This document shows, piece after piece, positions 1 to 10,092 of a DNA stretch of 64,000 bases. Made by a program: the position numbers and the translations under genes. The notes under the pieces were generated by a model. It was given only the letters and a program-made list of their open reading frames with translations. It was not told the origin of the DNA and did not search any database. Source of the DNA: an uncultured delta proteobacterium (GTDB lineage: Bacteria; Myxococcota_A; Polyangia; Polyangiales; Polyangiaceae); assembly GCA_963696385.1 (NCBI GenBank), contig CAVOKF010000006.1, forward strand, positions 1 to 64,000. The letters run 5' to 3'. The number at the start of each line of letters is the position of its first letter. Position 1 is the stretch's first letter.

Positions 1-430
1 ACCGGGCAGGGAGCGGGGACTGGTTGAACCACCGCCGCAGCATCGGTAGCCGTAGGGTCGAGGATGACGGCGGCCACGAGGGCCAAACTCGCCGCCACCG
101 AGTCGCAGTCTGTGCCCTGCACCTCGCGGCGCAGATCCTCCCCGTCGAGCGGCCCGTCGAGTGGATGGAACGTCAGTTGGCCGAAGACCTGCCCGTCGTC
201 GGCCCGAAGTTCGACTCGCATGGACGGGGCACGTTCGTCCGCTTGGGGCTCTCGAATGCGCACGCCGCGCGCCTCCAGACGGCCGAGGAAGGCCTTCGAC
301 CCGGGCAATTGGGCGCTGCCTTGACGGTGAGACGGACGGGATTACTAGGTCGATCGCCGGACGCCCCGGCCGCCGCGACCGGCGCGTAGACGAGGAGGAT
401 TGCGAGCACTGCGATGGGTCGAGCGGACAT
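1..430 (-). pseudogene. Secreted hypothetical protein, frameshifted near 302, running off the window edge
   Basis: Signal-peptide-like N-terminus (MSARPIAVLAILLVYAPVAAAG). One extra G at ccggg (~301-305) restores an open frame (...SKAFLGRLEARGVRIRE...REVQGTDCDSVAASLALVAAVILDP) to position 1. Confidence 0.55.
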
Positions 431-501
431 GGTGGCGCAAGAACGAATGATTCCGCGGAGAGGCTTGATCGATCACGGATTGGAACTTCTCCCTCCCTTC
501 G

Positions 502-985
<484 letters not shown>

Positions 986-1033
986 TCACGTTAGCAGGCG
1001 CTACGGCGGCCGCCGGGCCGCCCGCCGAACGGG

Positions 1034-1099
1034 TTATATGTGACCGCCGCGGTTTCCGCGGCTCTTCGTTGATCGATACGCTTTCGACCGGCTACTCGC
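1034..1099 (-). repeat. R repeat, left half only
   Basis: Minus strand reads GCGAGTAGCCGGTCGAAAGCGTATCGATCAACGAAGAGCCGCGGAAACCGCGGCGGTCACAT, close to the copies at 46575 and 43690. Confidence 0.85.
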
Positions 1100-1492
1100 C
1101 GACGTCGTCTCGATCGCCGAGCCCGTCGACGCTTGGCTCATCCGGTCCTTCAGCCCTTGGTAATTCAAACGCGTCGCCCGCGACGTCGCCCACACCCCTT
1201 CGCGGCGAGCCACCTCGATCGCCGCGTTCCATAGCTCCTGCGGCACCCTCGACCGCTTGCCTCCGCATCCGGCTCGCCACCGCTCCATCCGCCCGCGCAG
1301 ACTTTCTAGAGCGCCCGTTGCCCCGATACTCGTTCGGTTCATCAGGTCTTCCTCCTGACCGCGACGCTGCCCGAGTCACGCGTCGACTTCACGCATTGTT
1401 GCCGAATGCCACCGCCGCCCGCCGCGACCTGCCCCTCTCGCACGCCCCCCCGCCAGACCCCCCTCGTACTCCCCGCCCCGCAGCCGTGCCGC
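1100..1492 (-). mobile_element. Fragment of the IS66-like element (tnpA-like 5' part), cut by R
   Basis: Near-identical to 52318-52711. ORF 1034..1342 matches 52147..52560 up to the R junction. Confidence 0.85.
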
Positions 1493-1911
1493 TAAAGGCG
1501 GCCGTGCCTTCCCATAAGTGCCTTCTGCTGCTCGCGGATGGATCTGGCCGAAGTGGCCCATGCCGCGGCTCCGCACTTTTGAGCAAGCAACGTGCGTTTG
1601 ACGACGGAGCTACTCCGCCAAATCGAGCGCAATGGCGAGGAGGGACGCGTGATGCTGGTGGCCAGCCTGGCGGGCATCACGCCGCTCGGCATGCCGCAGC
1701 AGCTTGGGTAGCTCACGCGCCGGGAGCTTCATTCCACGCGTCCACCGCACGAGCATCAGCTGGTACGGGTCGGCAGTGCTGCAGGGCGAACGGATCTGAC
1801 TCACGGCTCCTTCTAGATTCCCCATCTCCAGAGAATTACTCAGCTCCGAGGCCGGGCCACGCCCTCCTTGACCGCACCCCCCGGCAGAGCGCACAGTTTT
1901 GCTACGGCGAT

Positions 1912-2718
1912 ATGGAACCCTATGTCATCAAGCAAGGCGACCATCTTGCTCTTCTTGCTTACAAGTTCGGTTTCGATGCCGATGCCGTCTGGAACGACCC
2001 CGCCAACGACGCCCTTCGCAAGGTTCGGCCCAAACCGAACATTTTGCTGCCCGGTGACCAACTGTACATCCCCGACCGGGTCGACAAGAAGCCGGTGACA
2101 CTCGTCACGGGAGAGCTGAATACCTTCGTCTCTCCCGATCCACCGACGGTGACAATAACCCACCAGTTCGTCGGCAACGACGTCTCTGCTTACGCAACGA
2201 AGGCGTACTTGGTCCGGGAGATCGAGCAGCTGACCGGGCTCCAGACCGATGCCGACGGCGTGGTGAAGTTCGAGGCTCCCGTGACGCTCGACACCGCTAC
2301 TGTCGTCTTCACCGATACGGGCGAGTCGTGGGCGCTGGCTATTGGAAATCTGGACCCGATCGACACACCCGTCGGCGTCTTCGAGCGACTCCAAAATCTC
2401 GGCCACATCGATAGCACCGCCCAATACGATTTTTGGTGCTTGGCAAACAACCTCGACGTGATGCGCAGCGGTCTTCGCTCACTCAAGGGAGCCCAACCCG
2501 GCAGCAACCAGGCTGCTCCAGAGCCGGCGCCATCCGAGAGCGGTCCCCCGTCCTCGGCTCCGCCGAGTGGCTCGGGCTCGGCGTCCTCTTCGGGTCCACC
2601 GCTCTTGACCCAGGCCGGCAGCCTGGATCTGATGAACAGCGACATCTGTGGCCTGGCTGACGATGGCTCCCTCGACGCCGAGACCGCTGGTCTGCTGCTT
2701 CAGGTCTACGGTCACTGA
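1912..2718 (+). CDS. LysM-like / peptidoglycan-binding domain protein
   Basis: MEPYVIKQGDHLALLAYKFGFDADAVWNDPAN...NILLPGDQLYIP is LysM-like, followed by GNLDPIDTPVGVFERLQNLG. ATG 1912 is preferred over the ORF-track start. Confidence 0.75.
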   Translation: MEPYVIKQGDHLALLAYKFGFDADAVWNDPANDALRKVRPKPNILLPGDQLYIPDRVDKKPVTLVTGELNTFVSPDPPTVTITHQFVGNDVSAYATKAYLVREIEQLTGLQTDADGVVKFEAPVTLDTATVVFTDTGESWALAIGNLDPIDTPVGVFERLQNLGHIDSTAQYDFWCLANNLDVMRSGLRSLKGAQPGSNQAAPEPAPSESGPPSSAPPSGSGSASSSGPPLLTQAGSLDLMNSDICGLADDGSLDAETAGLLLQVYGH

Positions 2719-2790
2719 TGTTGAAAACCGATCCTTTGTGCGAAGCGATGCCTCACGGCTGAACCGATGAGCACCTGCTGAGTAGAGCGC

Positions 2791-3462
2791 GTGAGTACAG
2801 CAATGGCTGGACCTAACGATCCCCGCAAGGCAGGCGCGTCCCCTGCTCCGGCCCCATCCGGTTCGGGCTCCTCCGTTCCTGCCGGTACCCCTGCTCCCAC
2901 GATCGTACCGGTTGCGCCTGGCGAGAACGGTCATAGCGTGGCTCTGGCCGGTCCTGGCATCATCTACGCCAACCTGCGGGCACGGCCTGTCGACGGCGTT
3001 CCCCTCGCTTACCACCTTTATATCGAGTAAGTAAACACGAGCACGAACGAGCGGCTCATCTTCGAGGCGATGCCCGACTACACGAAGGGAGTCTTCGTGG
3101 ACGGACGCGAACAGCTTTACGGGTACCTGCACGGTATGGCCCCACGTCCCTGGGGGGTGCCTCGGGCAGATCCCGAAGCGACTGAATCCTTGCCGAGCGC
3201 ACATGAAGCCGAGGACAATGCCTACTCGCGCATGACCGGCGTGAATGGCCGCACGAAGTATCTCCTGGAATTTTGGCGGCGAATCTACAACACGCGCCAT
3301 ATTGTGTACGACGCGACCGGCAACAATAGCAACGTCTGGGCGGTCACCGTGGCGACGGGGAGCGGCCTCGAATGGCCGGATGGATTGCCCGTTTGGCGCG
3401 GCGAGTTGCCGGGGATTCCTTGGGCGCATACTTTCCGTGCAAATGACGAGGGTATGTTGTAG
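2791..3462 (+). pseudogene. Hypothetical protein (possible effector/toxin) split by one in-frame TAA
   Basis: ORFs 2791..3030 and 3070..3462 share a frame: YHLYIE*VNTSTNERLIFEAMP. Confidence 0.6.
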
Positions 3463-3537
3463 TGAGGGCGGATCTCCTCGGCGGCGCCGCCGGCCGCGAG
3501 GCGACGTCGTGGATTCGCATGCCGGGAGCTTTTTGAT

Positions 3538-3846
3538 ATGGTCACCGACATCTTTTGGGTGCGTATTTTGAAAGGTCGTTTCGCTTTATTTGTCGCAGTG
3601 GTGGCGTGCCTCGTCGCTTTCATTGGGATTCGTTGCGCTGTTCGCATTCAGATCGACAGAGCGTTGTATCGGACGTATCCAATGCGCGACCCTGTCGAGC
3701 AAGCCGCTCGCGCGCACTTCACTCAAGCGAAGGAAATCAGGGAGGCGGAGGCGTCGCTCGGATTGCTGGCGGCTGTCGTCGCCATTCCTGTTGGCGTCCT
3801 GCTTGCGCGGCGCGAGTTGCGACGGTCTCGGAATGACGCGCCCTGA
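3538..3846 (+). CDS. Small two-TM membrane protein
   Basis: Two hydrophobic segments, directly downstream of 2791..3462. Confidence 0.55.
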   Translation: MVTDIFWVRILKGRFALFVAVVACLVAFIGIRCAVRIQIDRALYRTYPMRDPVEQAARAHFTQAKEIREAEASLGLLAAVVAIPVGVLLARRELRRSRNDAP

Positions 3847-4036
3847 ATGACCGAAAGCCCTCACCGAGGATGCGCGGGACACATGGTGTTTCGCGAGTTC
3901 GCTTTCGATGAGGCTGTTCGACCTGTCGTCGTGCGTCATTCCCGACACGGCGACGCCCCCTACGAGCGTCATTCCGATCATTCGGTAACCCGCCACTTGC
4001 GACGGATGAAATCGCGCCCAGGTATCTCGCGTGTGG

Positions 4037-4147
4037 GCGAGTAGTAAGCCCAAAGTGCGTCGGTCGACGAAGAGCCACGGAAGAGGGCGCGGAAACATAT
4101 CGCGTCTTAGGGGCGTTCGTTATCGCTGAATCGGCGAACCGATTTGG
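4037..4147 (+). repeat. R repeat, intact 111-bp reference copy
   Basis: Matches the sequence obtained by removing the intron and the IS110 from 18170-24197. Terminal hairpin AATCGG-CGAA-CCGATT. Confidence 0.95.
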
Positions 4148-4275
4148 TACGTCGAGGAGGTGCAAGACCACATCTACAGGTTTCGGCGGGCCATGCACCC
4201 GCCGAACACGCAGATCCACGAGTGGCACCCGGGGATCGACGCGGTCGAGTGCAACCCGCGGAAGGACTGTGCGTC

Positions 4276-4641
4276 GTGCTGACGTGGAACGACGTGCACG
4301 ACGAGCTCGCGCGGCGGCCGCCGCGAACGGTGTTCCCGCTGGCTCGTGGGGCGCTGCCCGACCCGCGGGCGCTGGGAGCTCGCGAGAGCATCGGGCTACC
4401 GCGCGGCCAACGGGGTGATCTGCGCTTTCCTCCCGACGCCGCGTGCCGAGGGCTGCACGTGCAGGCCTTCCCCGACCGCTGGGAAGCGCACCTCGACCAG
4501 GTGCACCCGGAGTGCGACTTGCTCGGTCACCTGCGACGCGACGCCCCCACGGCGCTCGTCGCGCTCGTGACGGGGGCGACGGTGGCTTTCATCGCCGCGG
4601 CGACGCGTTACCGCGCCGCGCGGCCCGTATGGACGAGGTGA
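4276..4641 (+). CDS. Hypothetical protein with C-terminal TM helix
   Basis: GTG at 4276 (MLTWNDVHDEL...), GC3-rich codons, ends 4 nt before the next gene. Confidence 0.6.
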   Translation: MLTWNDVHDELARRPPRTVFPLARGALPDPRALGARESIGLPRGQRGDLRFPPDAACRGLHVQAFPDRWEAHLDQVHPECDLLGHLRRDAPTALVALVTGATVAFIAAATRYRAARPVWTR

Positions 4642-4645
4642 CCTC

Positions 4646-5365
4646 ATGCCCGTAGCGAAGGCGCTCGACAAGAAGTGGCTCTTTCGCGAGCTCGAGCGCG
4701 ACCGAAAGAAGAAGGCGCGTGAGAAGATCGCGAACCTCGCCGAGCAGCTCCGCGAAGCACGCCGGCGCCGAAAGCTGGCGCTCCGCGAGGCGAAGGAACG
4801 ATGCCGCGCCGAGCGCATCGCGGCGCGCGAGCGTGCCCGCGCGATGCGGCTGCGCGTGCTCGAGGAGCTGCGCGAGGCGATGCGCGCGGAGCGCCTGGGC
4901 GCGCGCCAGGCGTGCACGGCGCGCCTGGGCGAGGCTCGAGGGATCAAGGACTCCATCTTGCGGGCGCGCGCCGAGCTCGAGGCGGAGAAGAAGTACGAGG
5001 CGGACCTGCGCCGCATCGAGCGCGCGAACCGCCAGCGCCGGAAGGAGGCGCCGCGCGTGACGCGTATCGAGCGCCAGGCGGAGAGCGACGACGAGGTCCG
5101 CTCGAACATTCCCCCCGAGCTCGTCGCGCTGTTCGAGCGCGTGAAGCGCGGGATCAAGGCGTCGCCCCGCATGTCGCGGACAGAGGCGTTCCTGCACTAC
5201 GCCGAGGAGAACCCTGACGACGTGCTCGCGGCTACGGAGGACAAGACGGATGCCCTCATCCGCGAGCTCGAGGCCCAGCAGAGGGAGGCGCGCCGTTCGC
5301 TGCACCGACCTCCGCCTCGTCCGCCGCGGTACACCCCCGAACAGCTTGCCGAGGTGCCGTTTTGA
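4646..5365 (+). CDS. Arg/Glu-rich coiled-coil hypothetical protein
   Basis: GAGGTG RBS, strong codon bias, ends in EVPF. Confidence 0.75.
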   Translation: MPVAKALDKKWLFRELERDRKKKAREKIANLAEQLREARRRRKLALREAKERCRAERIAARERARAMRLRVLEELREAMRAERLGARQACTARLGEARGIKDSILRARAELEAEKKYEADLRRIERANRQRRKEAPRVTRIERQAESDDEVRSNIPPELVALFERVKRGIKASPRMSRTEAFLHYAEENPDDVLAATEDKTDALIRELEAQQREARRSLHRPPPRPPRYTPEQLAEVPF

Positions 5366-5388
5366 CCCGCTATGGTACATTCTCGGGC

Positions 5389-5577
5389 ATGAACGGGCAC
5401 GGCACCAACGGGAGCAACGGCGCTACGCGCAGGCGCGCGAAGGCGCCGAAGCGCCCCAAGGGCGGGGTGACCAAGGCTCAGCAGGTGGCCCGCCGCAAGT
5501 TCATCGCGGAGAGCCCGGTGAAGCCGTCGCGCGAGGGGATGGAAGCGATCCACCGCGAGCTCGTCGGCAGCGAATGA
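5389..5577 (+). CDS. Putative antitoxin
   Basis: Small basic ORF overlapping the PIN gene by ATGA. Paralog at 25606. Confidence 0.65.
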   Translation: MNGHGTNGSNGATRRRAKAPKRPKGGVTKAQQVARRKFIAESPVKPSREGMEAIHRELVGSE

Positions 5578-5951
5578 AGGCCAGCGGGATCACCGCTGAC
5601 ACCGGCTTTCTCATCGGTCTGGAGCGGCAGAAGCAGCGGGCGATGGACCTGCTCGGCTACGCGAGTGCGAGGAAGCTTCGGATCAGCGTGCCTGTCGCAG
5701 CCGTGGCCGAGTGGTGGCGTGGAGACTCTCGTCAGGCTCGGATCCTCCGCCTCGTCGCAGCCGAGGACATGACGGAGGCGCTCGCGAAGAGCGCGGGCGA
5801 GGCACTTGCCGCAGTCCCCGGCGCGACCGTGGTCGACGCGATCGTGATGGCGTCGGCCGCGGCTCGCGGGGGGGTGGTCTACACCTCGGATTTCGACGAC
5901 CTGTCGCGCCTGCGCGCCCACTTCCGGGCCGTGCGCGTTCTGACCGTCTAG
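5574..5951 (+). CDS. PIN-domain (VapC-like) toxin
   Basis: ITADTGFLI, VAEWW, VVDAIVMASA, VYTSDFDDL: acidic PIN motifs. Confidence 0.85.
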   Translation: MKASGITADTGFLIGLERQKQRAMDLLGYASARKLRISVPVAAVAEWWRGDSRQARILRLVAAEDMTEALAKSAGEALAAVPGATVVDAIVMASAAARGGVVYTSDFDDLSRLRAHFRAVRVLTV

Positions 5952-5996
5952 TCCAGCTCCCAGGATCCACCGCCGGGCCGATTGCGTCCGCGCTCA

Positions 5997-7007
5997 TCAT
6001 GCGGGAGCGTCGGCTGCCTGCTGGTCGCTGACCAGTCGCAGAAGCTGCTTGGCTTGCGCGACGAGGTGGTCGTAGGTCATCACGGTGATGTTGTGCATCC
6101 TTGCGTTGAGTCCGCGGAGCGCCCGTGTTTGCTCCGGGCGCCATTTGTGCGATCGACCGATCACGATGGTCGCGCGTGGGTGGTACGCAACGAGTAACGG
6201 ATGCGCCTCGAGCGAGCGGCTCATCGTGTCCTGCAGGGCGTCCATGTACTTGTGGGCCTGACCAATGGCGCGAGACGCATCCGAGCTGAAGTAATACGAC
6301 CCGTGCGACCGGTCCGCGCGCAGCACGGTGGCGTCGGGCCGTTTGAGCTCGACGACGTCCCGAAAGCCCGCGAGGTCGGTAAGCAAGAGATCGACAATGT
6401 TCCGGGCGTCCAGGCGTCGGACCTCATCCCGCATGACGTACGCGTGGCCGAACGCCCACGGATGGCGCTCGCACCACTCTTGGTAGACGTCTTCGCGGGC
6501 TTCCCCGGTCTCGAGCGCGCCCGTGAGCTCGTCGGCCGCCGCGTGGAGGTCGGCAGTGCGAAGTGCGCCACGAAGAGCTGTGGAGAGATGCCCCCGAAGG
6601 CGCGGATCTCGAAGCTGCGTCACAACAGCCGGGTCCGCCAGGAGCTGAGCCAGGACGGCAACAAACTCCGCGCGCTCGTTGAGCGAGAGGGCGGAGAAGG
6701 CGGCCTGCAGAGGCTCGATCGTCATGGGCAACGCGGAGCGGTTCGGCAGCTCGGAGAAGAACTGCTCAAGCTCCCGCAGCGTCGCTGGGCGCATCGCAAA
6801 GTGCCGCGCTACCGCGGCGCGTGAGCCGTGCTTGGCCAGCACCGCGCCGAAATCTCGCATCGTGCGCTCGCGGCCAGCGACCAGCGCCCAAGCGCGCAAC
6901 AGCTGGTTCCTGGTTTTGCCGGAGATCAGGCTCCCCGGCCTGTGCCGTGAGGAGAGCTCGTCGATCGCTTGCTCGAGGTCCCAGTCTGGGTCGAAGGGGT
7001 CGTCCAT
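5997..7007 (-). CDS. Shedu (SduA/DUF4263)-like PD-(D/E)xK nuclease with extra N-terminal domain
   Basis: EDVYQEWCERHPWAFG, IVDLLL, VVELKRP, YFSSDASRAIGQAHKY (QxxxY), IVIGRS, VMTYDHL. Confidence 0.85.
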   Translation of the reverse strand: MDDPFDPDWDLEQAIDELSSRHRPGSLISGKTRNQLLRAWALVAGRERTMRDFGAVLAKHGSRAAVARHFAMRPATLRELEQFFSELPNRSALPMTIEPLQAAFSALSLNERAEFVAVLAQLLADPAVVTQLRDPRLRGHLSTALRGALRTADLHAAADELTGALETGEAREDVYQEWCERHPWAFGHAYVMRDEVRRLDARNIVDLLLTDLAGFRDVVELKRPDATVLRADRSHGSYYFSSDASRAIGQAHKYMDALQDTMSRSLEAHPLLVAYHPRATIVIGRSHKWRPEQTRALRGLNARMHNITVMTYDHLVAQAKQLLRLVSDQQAADAPA

Positions 7008-7120
7008 GGAACCAGCGGGCGGCTGCTCTCGCCGTGGGGCAGCCGCAGGCCTTCTACCGTCGCGGCGAGCCGATGTGAAGGCACGTTGACGGGGCGGCGT
7101 AGATCGCGCTTGATAGGTCC

Positions 7121-8050
7121 GTGACAGCGCTTGCCGAGGAGATTGAAGGAGGGCGTCGCCGTCGCCAGGCGACCGACGGCAAGCTACCGAAGCCTCACCC
7201 GTTCCTGAAGTGGGTCGGCGGGAAGGGGAGGCTCCTCGAGCAGTTCGGAAGCCTGCTGCCGCCGACGTTCGACAGGTACTTCGAGCCGTTCTTCGGCGGT
7301 GGCGCTCTGTTCTTCTCGCTCGCCCCGCGGAGCGCGGTCCTCTCGGACGTCAACGCGGAGCTGGTGGACTGCTATCGCGCGGTTCGCGACGAGGTCGACG
7401 ACGTCATCGCGGCTCTTGGCGCGCATCGCTACGAGAAGGCCCATTTCTACGAGGTGCGAGCACTCGACCCGCGGTCGCTGACGTTGTCCGAGCGCGCGGC
7501 GCGGACGATCTTCCTCAATCGATCCGGCTTCAACGGGCTCTATCGCGTGAACCGGCAGGGGCGCTTCAACGTCCCCTTTGGCCGCTACACGAACCCCACG
7601 CTCTGCGACGCGTCCAACCTGCGGGCCTGCTCGCGCGCCCTCGAAGGCGTCGAGCTACGCTGCGGCGACTTCGCGGCTGCCGTCGTCACTGCGAAGCGCG
7701 GGGACTTCGTCTACTTCGACCCGCCGTACGTCCCGGTTTCGACGACAGCGAACTTCACGCACTACGCGGCCGGGCGGTTCGACTGGGCCGAGCAAGAACG
7801 GCTAGCGAAGCTCTTCGCGGATCTTTCGCGTCGGGGGGTGCTGGTGATGCTTTCGAACGCTGACACGGCCGAGGTTCGCGATCTCTTCGACGGCTTCCGC
7901 CTCGATCGGGTTGCAGCGTCGAGGAGCGTCAACTCGAACCCGGAGAAGCGGGGGAAGGTTGGCGAGGTCGTCGTCCGCAATTTTGGTCCGGGAGCTCGGC
8001 CGACGAACGGCGCGATCGTGCCACGCCGCAGACGCCAACCCGCTCGGTGA
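7121..8050 (+). CDS. DNA adenine methyltransferase (Dam/D12 class)
   Basis: LKWVGGK, YFEPFFGGGA, LNRSGFNGLYRVN, FNVPFG, FVYFDPPY. Confidence 0.95.
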   Translation: MTALAEEIEGGRRRRQATDGKLPKPHPFLKWVGGKGRLLEQFGSLLPPTFDRYFEPFFGGGALFFSLAPRSAVLSDVNAELVDCYRAVRDEVDDVIAALGAHRYEKAHFYEVRALDPRSLTLSERAARTIFLNRSGFNGLYRVNRQGRFNVPFGRYTNPTLCDASNLRACSRALEGVELRCGDFAAAVVTAKRGDFVYFDPPYVPVSTTANFTHYAAGRFDWAEQERLAKLFADLSRRGVLVMLSNADTAEVRDLFDGFRLDRVAASRSVNSNPEKRGKVGEVVVRNFGPGARPTNGAIVPRRRRQPAR

Positions 8051-8056
8051 CGGGCG

Positions 8057-9757
8057 CTAGGTACCGATCTGCACGCGCCACCGCGTGTAGTGAAACGGGG
8101 CTAGCTCCTTCTGCCACGCGGTCAGCGTCTGAGCTCGCCTGCTCGCCGTGACCGTGCTCATTGTAGGTACCGCCCCCCGGATGAAAGCGTCAGCTGACTC
8201 GGGGTCGAGCTCGACGAGATTCGAGACGCCGGCCCAAGTGATCCATGCGGCGCCGCAGTCGCTCTCCTCGAACAACACGGCGACGGACATCCGTCGCTGA
8301 TCCTCGCCTAGTCGAGCCACCTGTTCGCCAGCGCCAGTCAGCGTGTTGTGCTCCGACAGCAGACGGAGGATGCGGCCGGCATGCTTGTAGTAGTTGACCT
8401 GGCGCGCTGACACGTCGAGAGCTTCTGGCGTGACCGCAGCCCCGTCTCGGAGAAGATCGAGAAGGCGAAACACTCGCGTCAGATCGTCTGCCTGCGGGAT
8501 CTGACCTGTGTCCAGCCTCGTCGAGGCGAAGGCCCGCACCGGCGGCAGCACGCTCTTCGCCTCGGCAAATGTCACGGTGATGGGCGCCCGTCGAAGCGGC
8601 TCGTCGCCTTGCGCGTCCACCATGATCACTTCGAGCGTCGCCTTGTACTGCGTGAGGGTCTCTAGGAGGACGCGGTACTTCTGCGCGTCGATCGCAGAAA
8701 CGGTCAGACGACCTTCTAGCGTCGCGCTGTCTGCGCCCAGGAGCTCCCGCAGCAGCTCGAACGCGCGCTGCGAGTCTGGCGCCTCGTCGATCGAGGCGTT
8801 GATGACGTACGAGCCTGCTCGTCCCTCAAGGGGGCGCATGACGGGGCTCAAGTCGAAGGCCTCGCATGCAGACTCGAACAGAGCCCGCCAAGAGTCGATG
8901 ACGGGTGAGACCACGCCAAACGAGGGCCTCGGCGTCGGATCGGACACCCGGATCGCTTGGACAGGTGCCCCCACCTCGCACGAAGCCACGAGAGCTCGAC
9001 CCTCTACCTCGCGGCGCCGCAGGAATTGCTGTGCGTCGAGTAGCGCCTGCTCATCGGGAGCTGCGCGGACCGCATCCGCGACAGGCTTTCCGAGCGCCTC
9101 CAGCGCGCCGAGGGTGGCCCTCCAGAAGGGGAGGTCGTCGAGCCCCTTTCCCCTGGCACGGGCAACGATCTCCGTGCGGTCGGCCGATGCCTGGGGGTCG
9201 TCCGACTGACCGGGCAGTGGTGCGCCCGAAAGCTTGTTGATGATGTCCGTCAGAACGCGGCGCGGGAACGAAGCAACCAGATCTGTCTCGGTGGCGGCGA
9301 CCAGAGCGTCGATCGTCGCGTCATGCACGACGGCCGGCTGACCCAGGGTGCGGCGGACAAACCGGGGGAGGTCCATCAGAAGGACCCCGGGAAAGCTTTC
9401 ATCGCTCCGGAGCCAAGCACTCACGGCGGTAAGAAGGTTGACCTCGGTCGAGGTGTCGCCGAACACGGCAGCGGACATCAGGTCGAGCGTCACGATCTCG
9501 GCGAATGGCGGACGTTGCTCGAGCCGCTGGGTGAGCAAGAACGACAGCGTCCGCGCTGCAAGCGTGTGTCGCAGTGGCCGCAGGAGTGCCCAAAGCCGAA
9601 TGAGGCCGAGCGCCTCGTCGGACTCGAACGCGCGTACGGCGAGCTCGATGGCCTTTGCCTCGGCGACGAGATCGACTCCGGCCGCTCCGTCACCGAGCGA
9701 GGTGAACGCTCGCGCCGCAGCACGCAGGGCTCTGGATTGCTCGTCGGTCGGACTCAT
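8057..9757 (-). CDS. 566-aa hypothetical protein with C-terminal winged-helix-like domain
   Basis: Long ORF coupled to the upstream gene. C-terminus IPQADDL...RQVNYYKHAGRILRLL...RRAQTLTAW is paralogous to 10089..10649. Confidence 0.85.
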   Translation of the reverse strand: MSPTDEQSRALRAAARAFTSLGDGAAGVDLVAEAKAIELAVRAFESDEALGLIRLWALLRPLRHTLAARTLSFLLTQRLEQRPPFAEIVTLDLMSAAVFGDTSTEVNLLTAVSAWLRSDESFPGVLLMDLPRFVRRTLGQPAVVHDATIDALVAATETDLVASFPRRVLTDIINKLSGAPLPGQSDDPQASADRTEIVARARGKGLDDLPFWRATLGALEALGKPVADAVRAAPDEQALLDAQQFLRRREVEGRALVASCEVGAPVQAIRVSDPTPRPSFGVVSPVIDSWRALFESACEAFDLSPVMRPLEGRAGSYVINASIDEAPDSQRAFELLRELLGADSATLEGRLTVSAIDAQKYRVLLETLTQYKATLEVIMVDAQGDEPLRRAPITVTFAEAKSVLPPVRAFASTRLDTGQIPQADDLTRVFRLLDLLRDGAAVTPEALDVSARQVNYYKHAGRILRLLSEHNTLTGAGEQVARLGEDQRRMSVAVLFEESDCGAAWITWAGVSNLVELDPESADAFIRGAVPTMSTVTASRRAQTLTAWQKELAPFHYTRWRVQIGT

Positions 9758-10092
9758 ACAAACGCCAGTCCCGTGATTACCTCGATGTCGACGCGTGCGG
9801 TCTTGTTCCGCGGTGGAAGATTCCGGTTGCGGAAGGACCGACGCACGGGAGCGTTGGCTCCGCCAACCTGGTGCGCGTTCGTAACATACCGTCGCGCATC
9901 AGCGAACGCCTGAGCTCTGAGGCCCTGTTGGGCCGGCGTGCACCCAGCCTCGAGCGCGTTGAGGTCGGCTTGCGCGTCCGCGGCAAGGCGGGGTGTTGGC
10001 TGCGCCCACGGTCGCGAAAGCTCGGGCGCTATGTCGACGCCCTGCACCTGCAACCGCCCCCGGTGGACCGGCTGCGCTCCTGCGGCGTTCAC
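9754..10092 (-). CDS. 112-aa hypothetical protein
   Basis: 4-nt start/stop overlaps with both neighbours. Confidence 0.75.
   Translation of the reverse strand: MNAAGAQPVHRGRLQVQGVDIAPELSRPWAQPTPRLAADAQADLNALEAGCTPAQQGLRAQAFADARRYVTNAHQVGGANAPVRRSFRNRNLPPRNKTARVDIEVITGLAFV

Noticed and set aside
4037..4147. R repeats as integron attC sites
   Set aside because: No RYYYAAC/GTTRRRY pair, they truncate genes rather than bound whole cassettes, and the recombinase is Cre-like, not IntI.
4110..4147. 38-bp GGGG-starting segment as a Tn3 IR
   Set aside because: Lacks the usual internal and TAAG consensus; no paired IR with 5-bp duplication and no Tn3 transposase.
5362..5381. TTGACC...TACATT as a sigma70 promoter for the TA pair
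   Set aside because: The spacer is only 8 nt.
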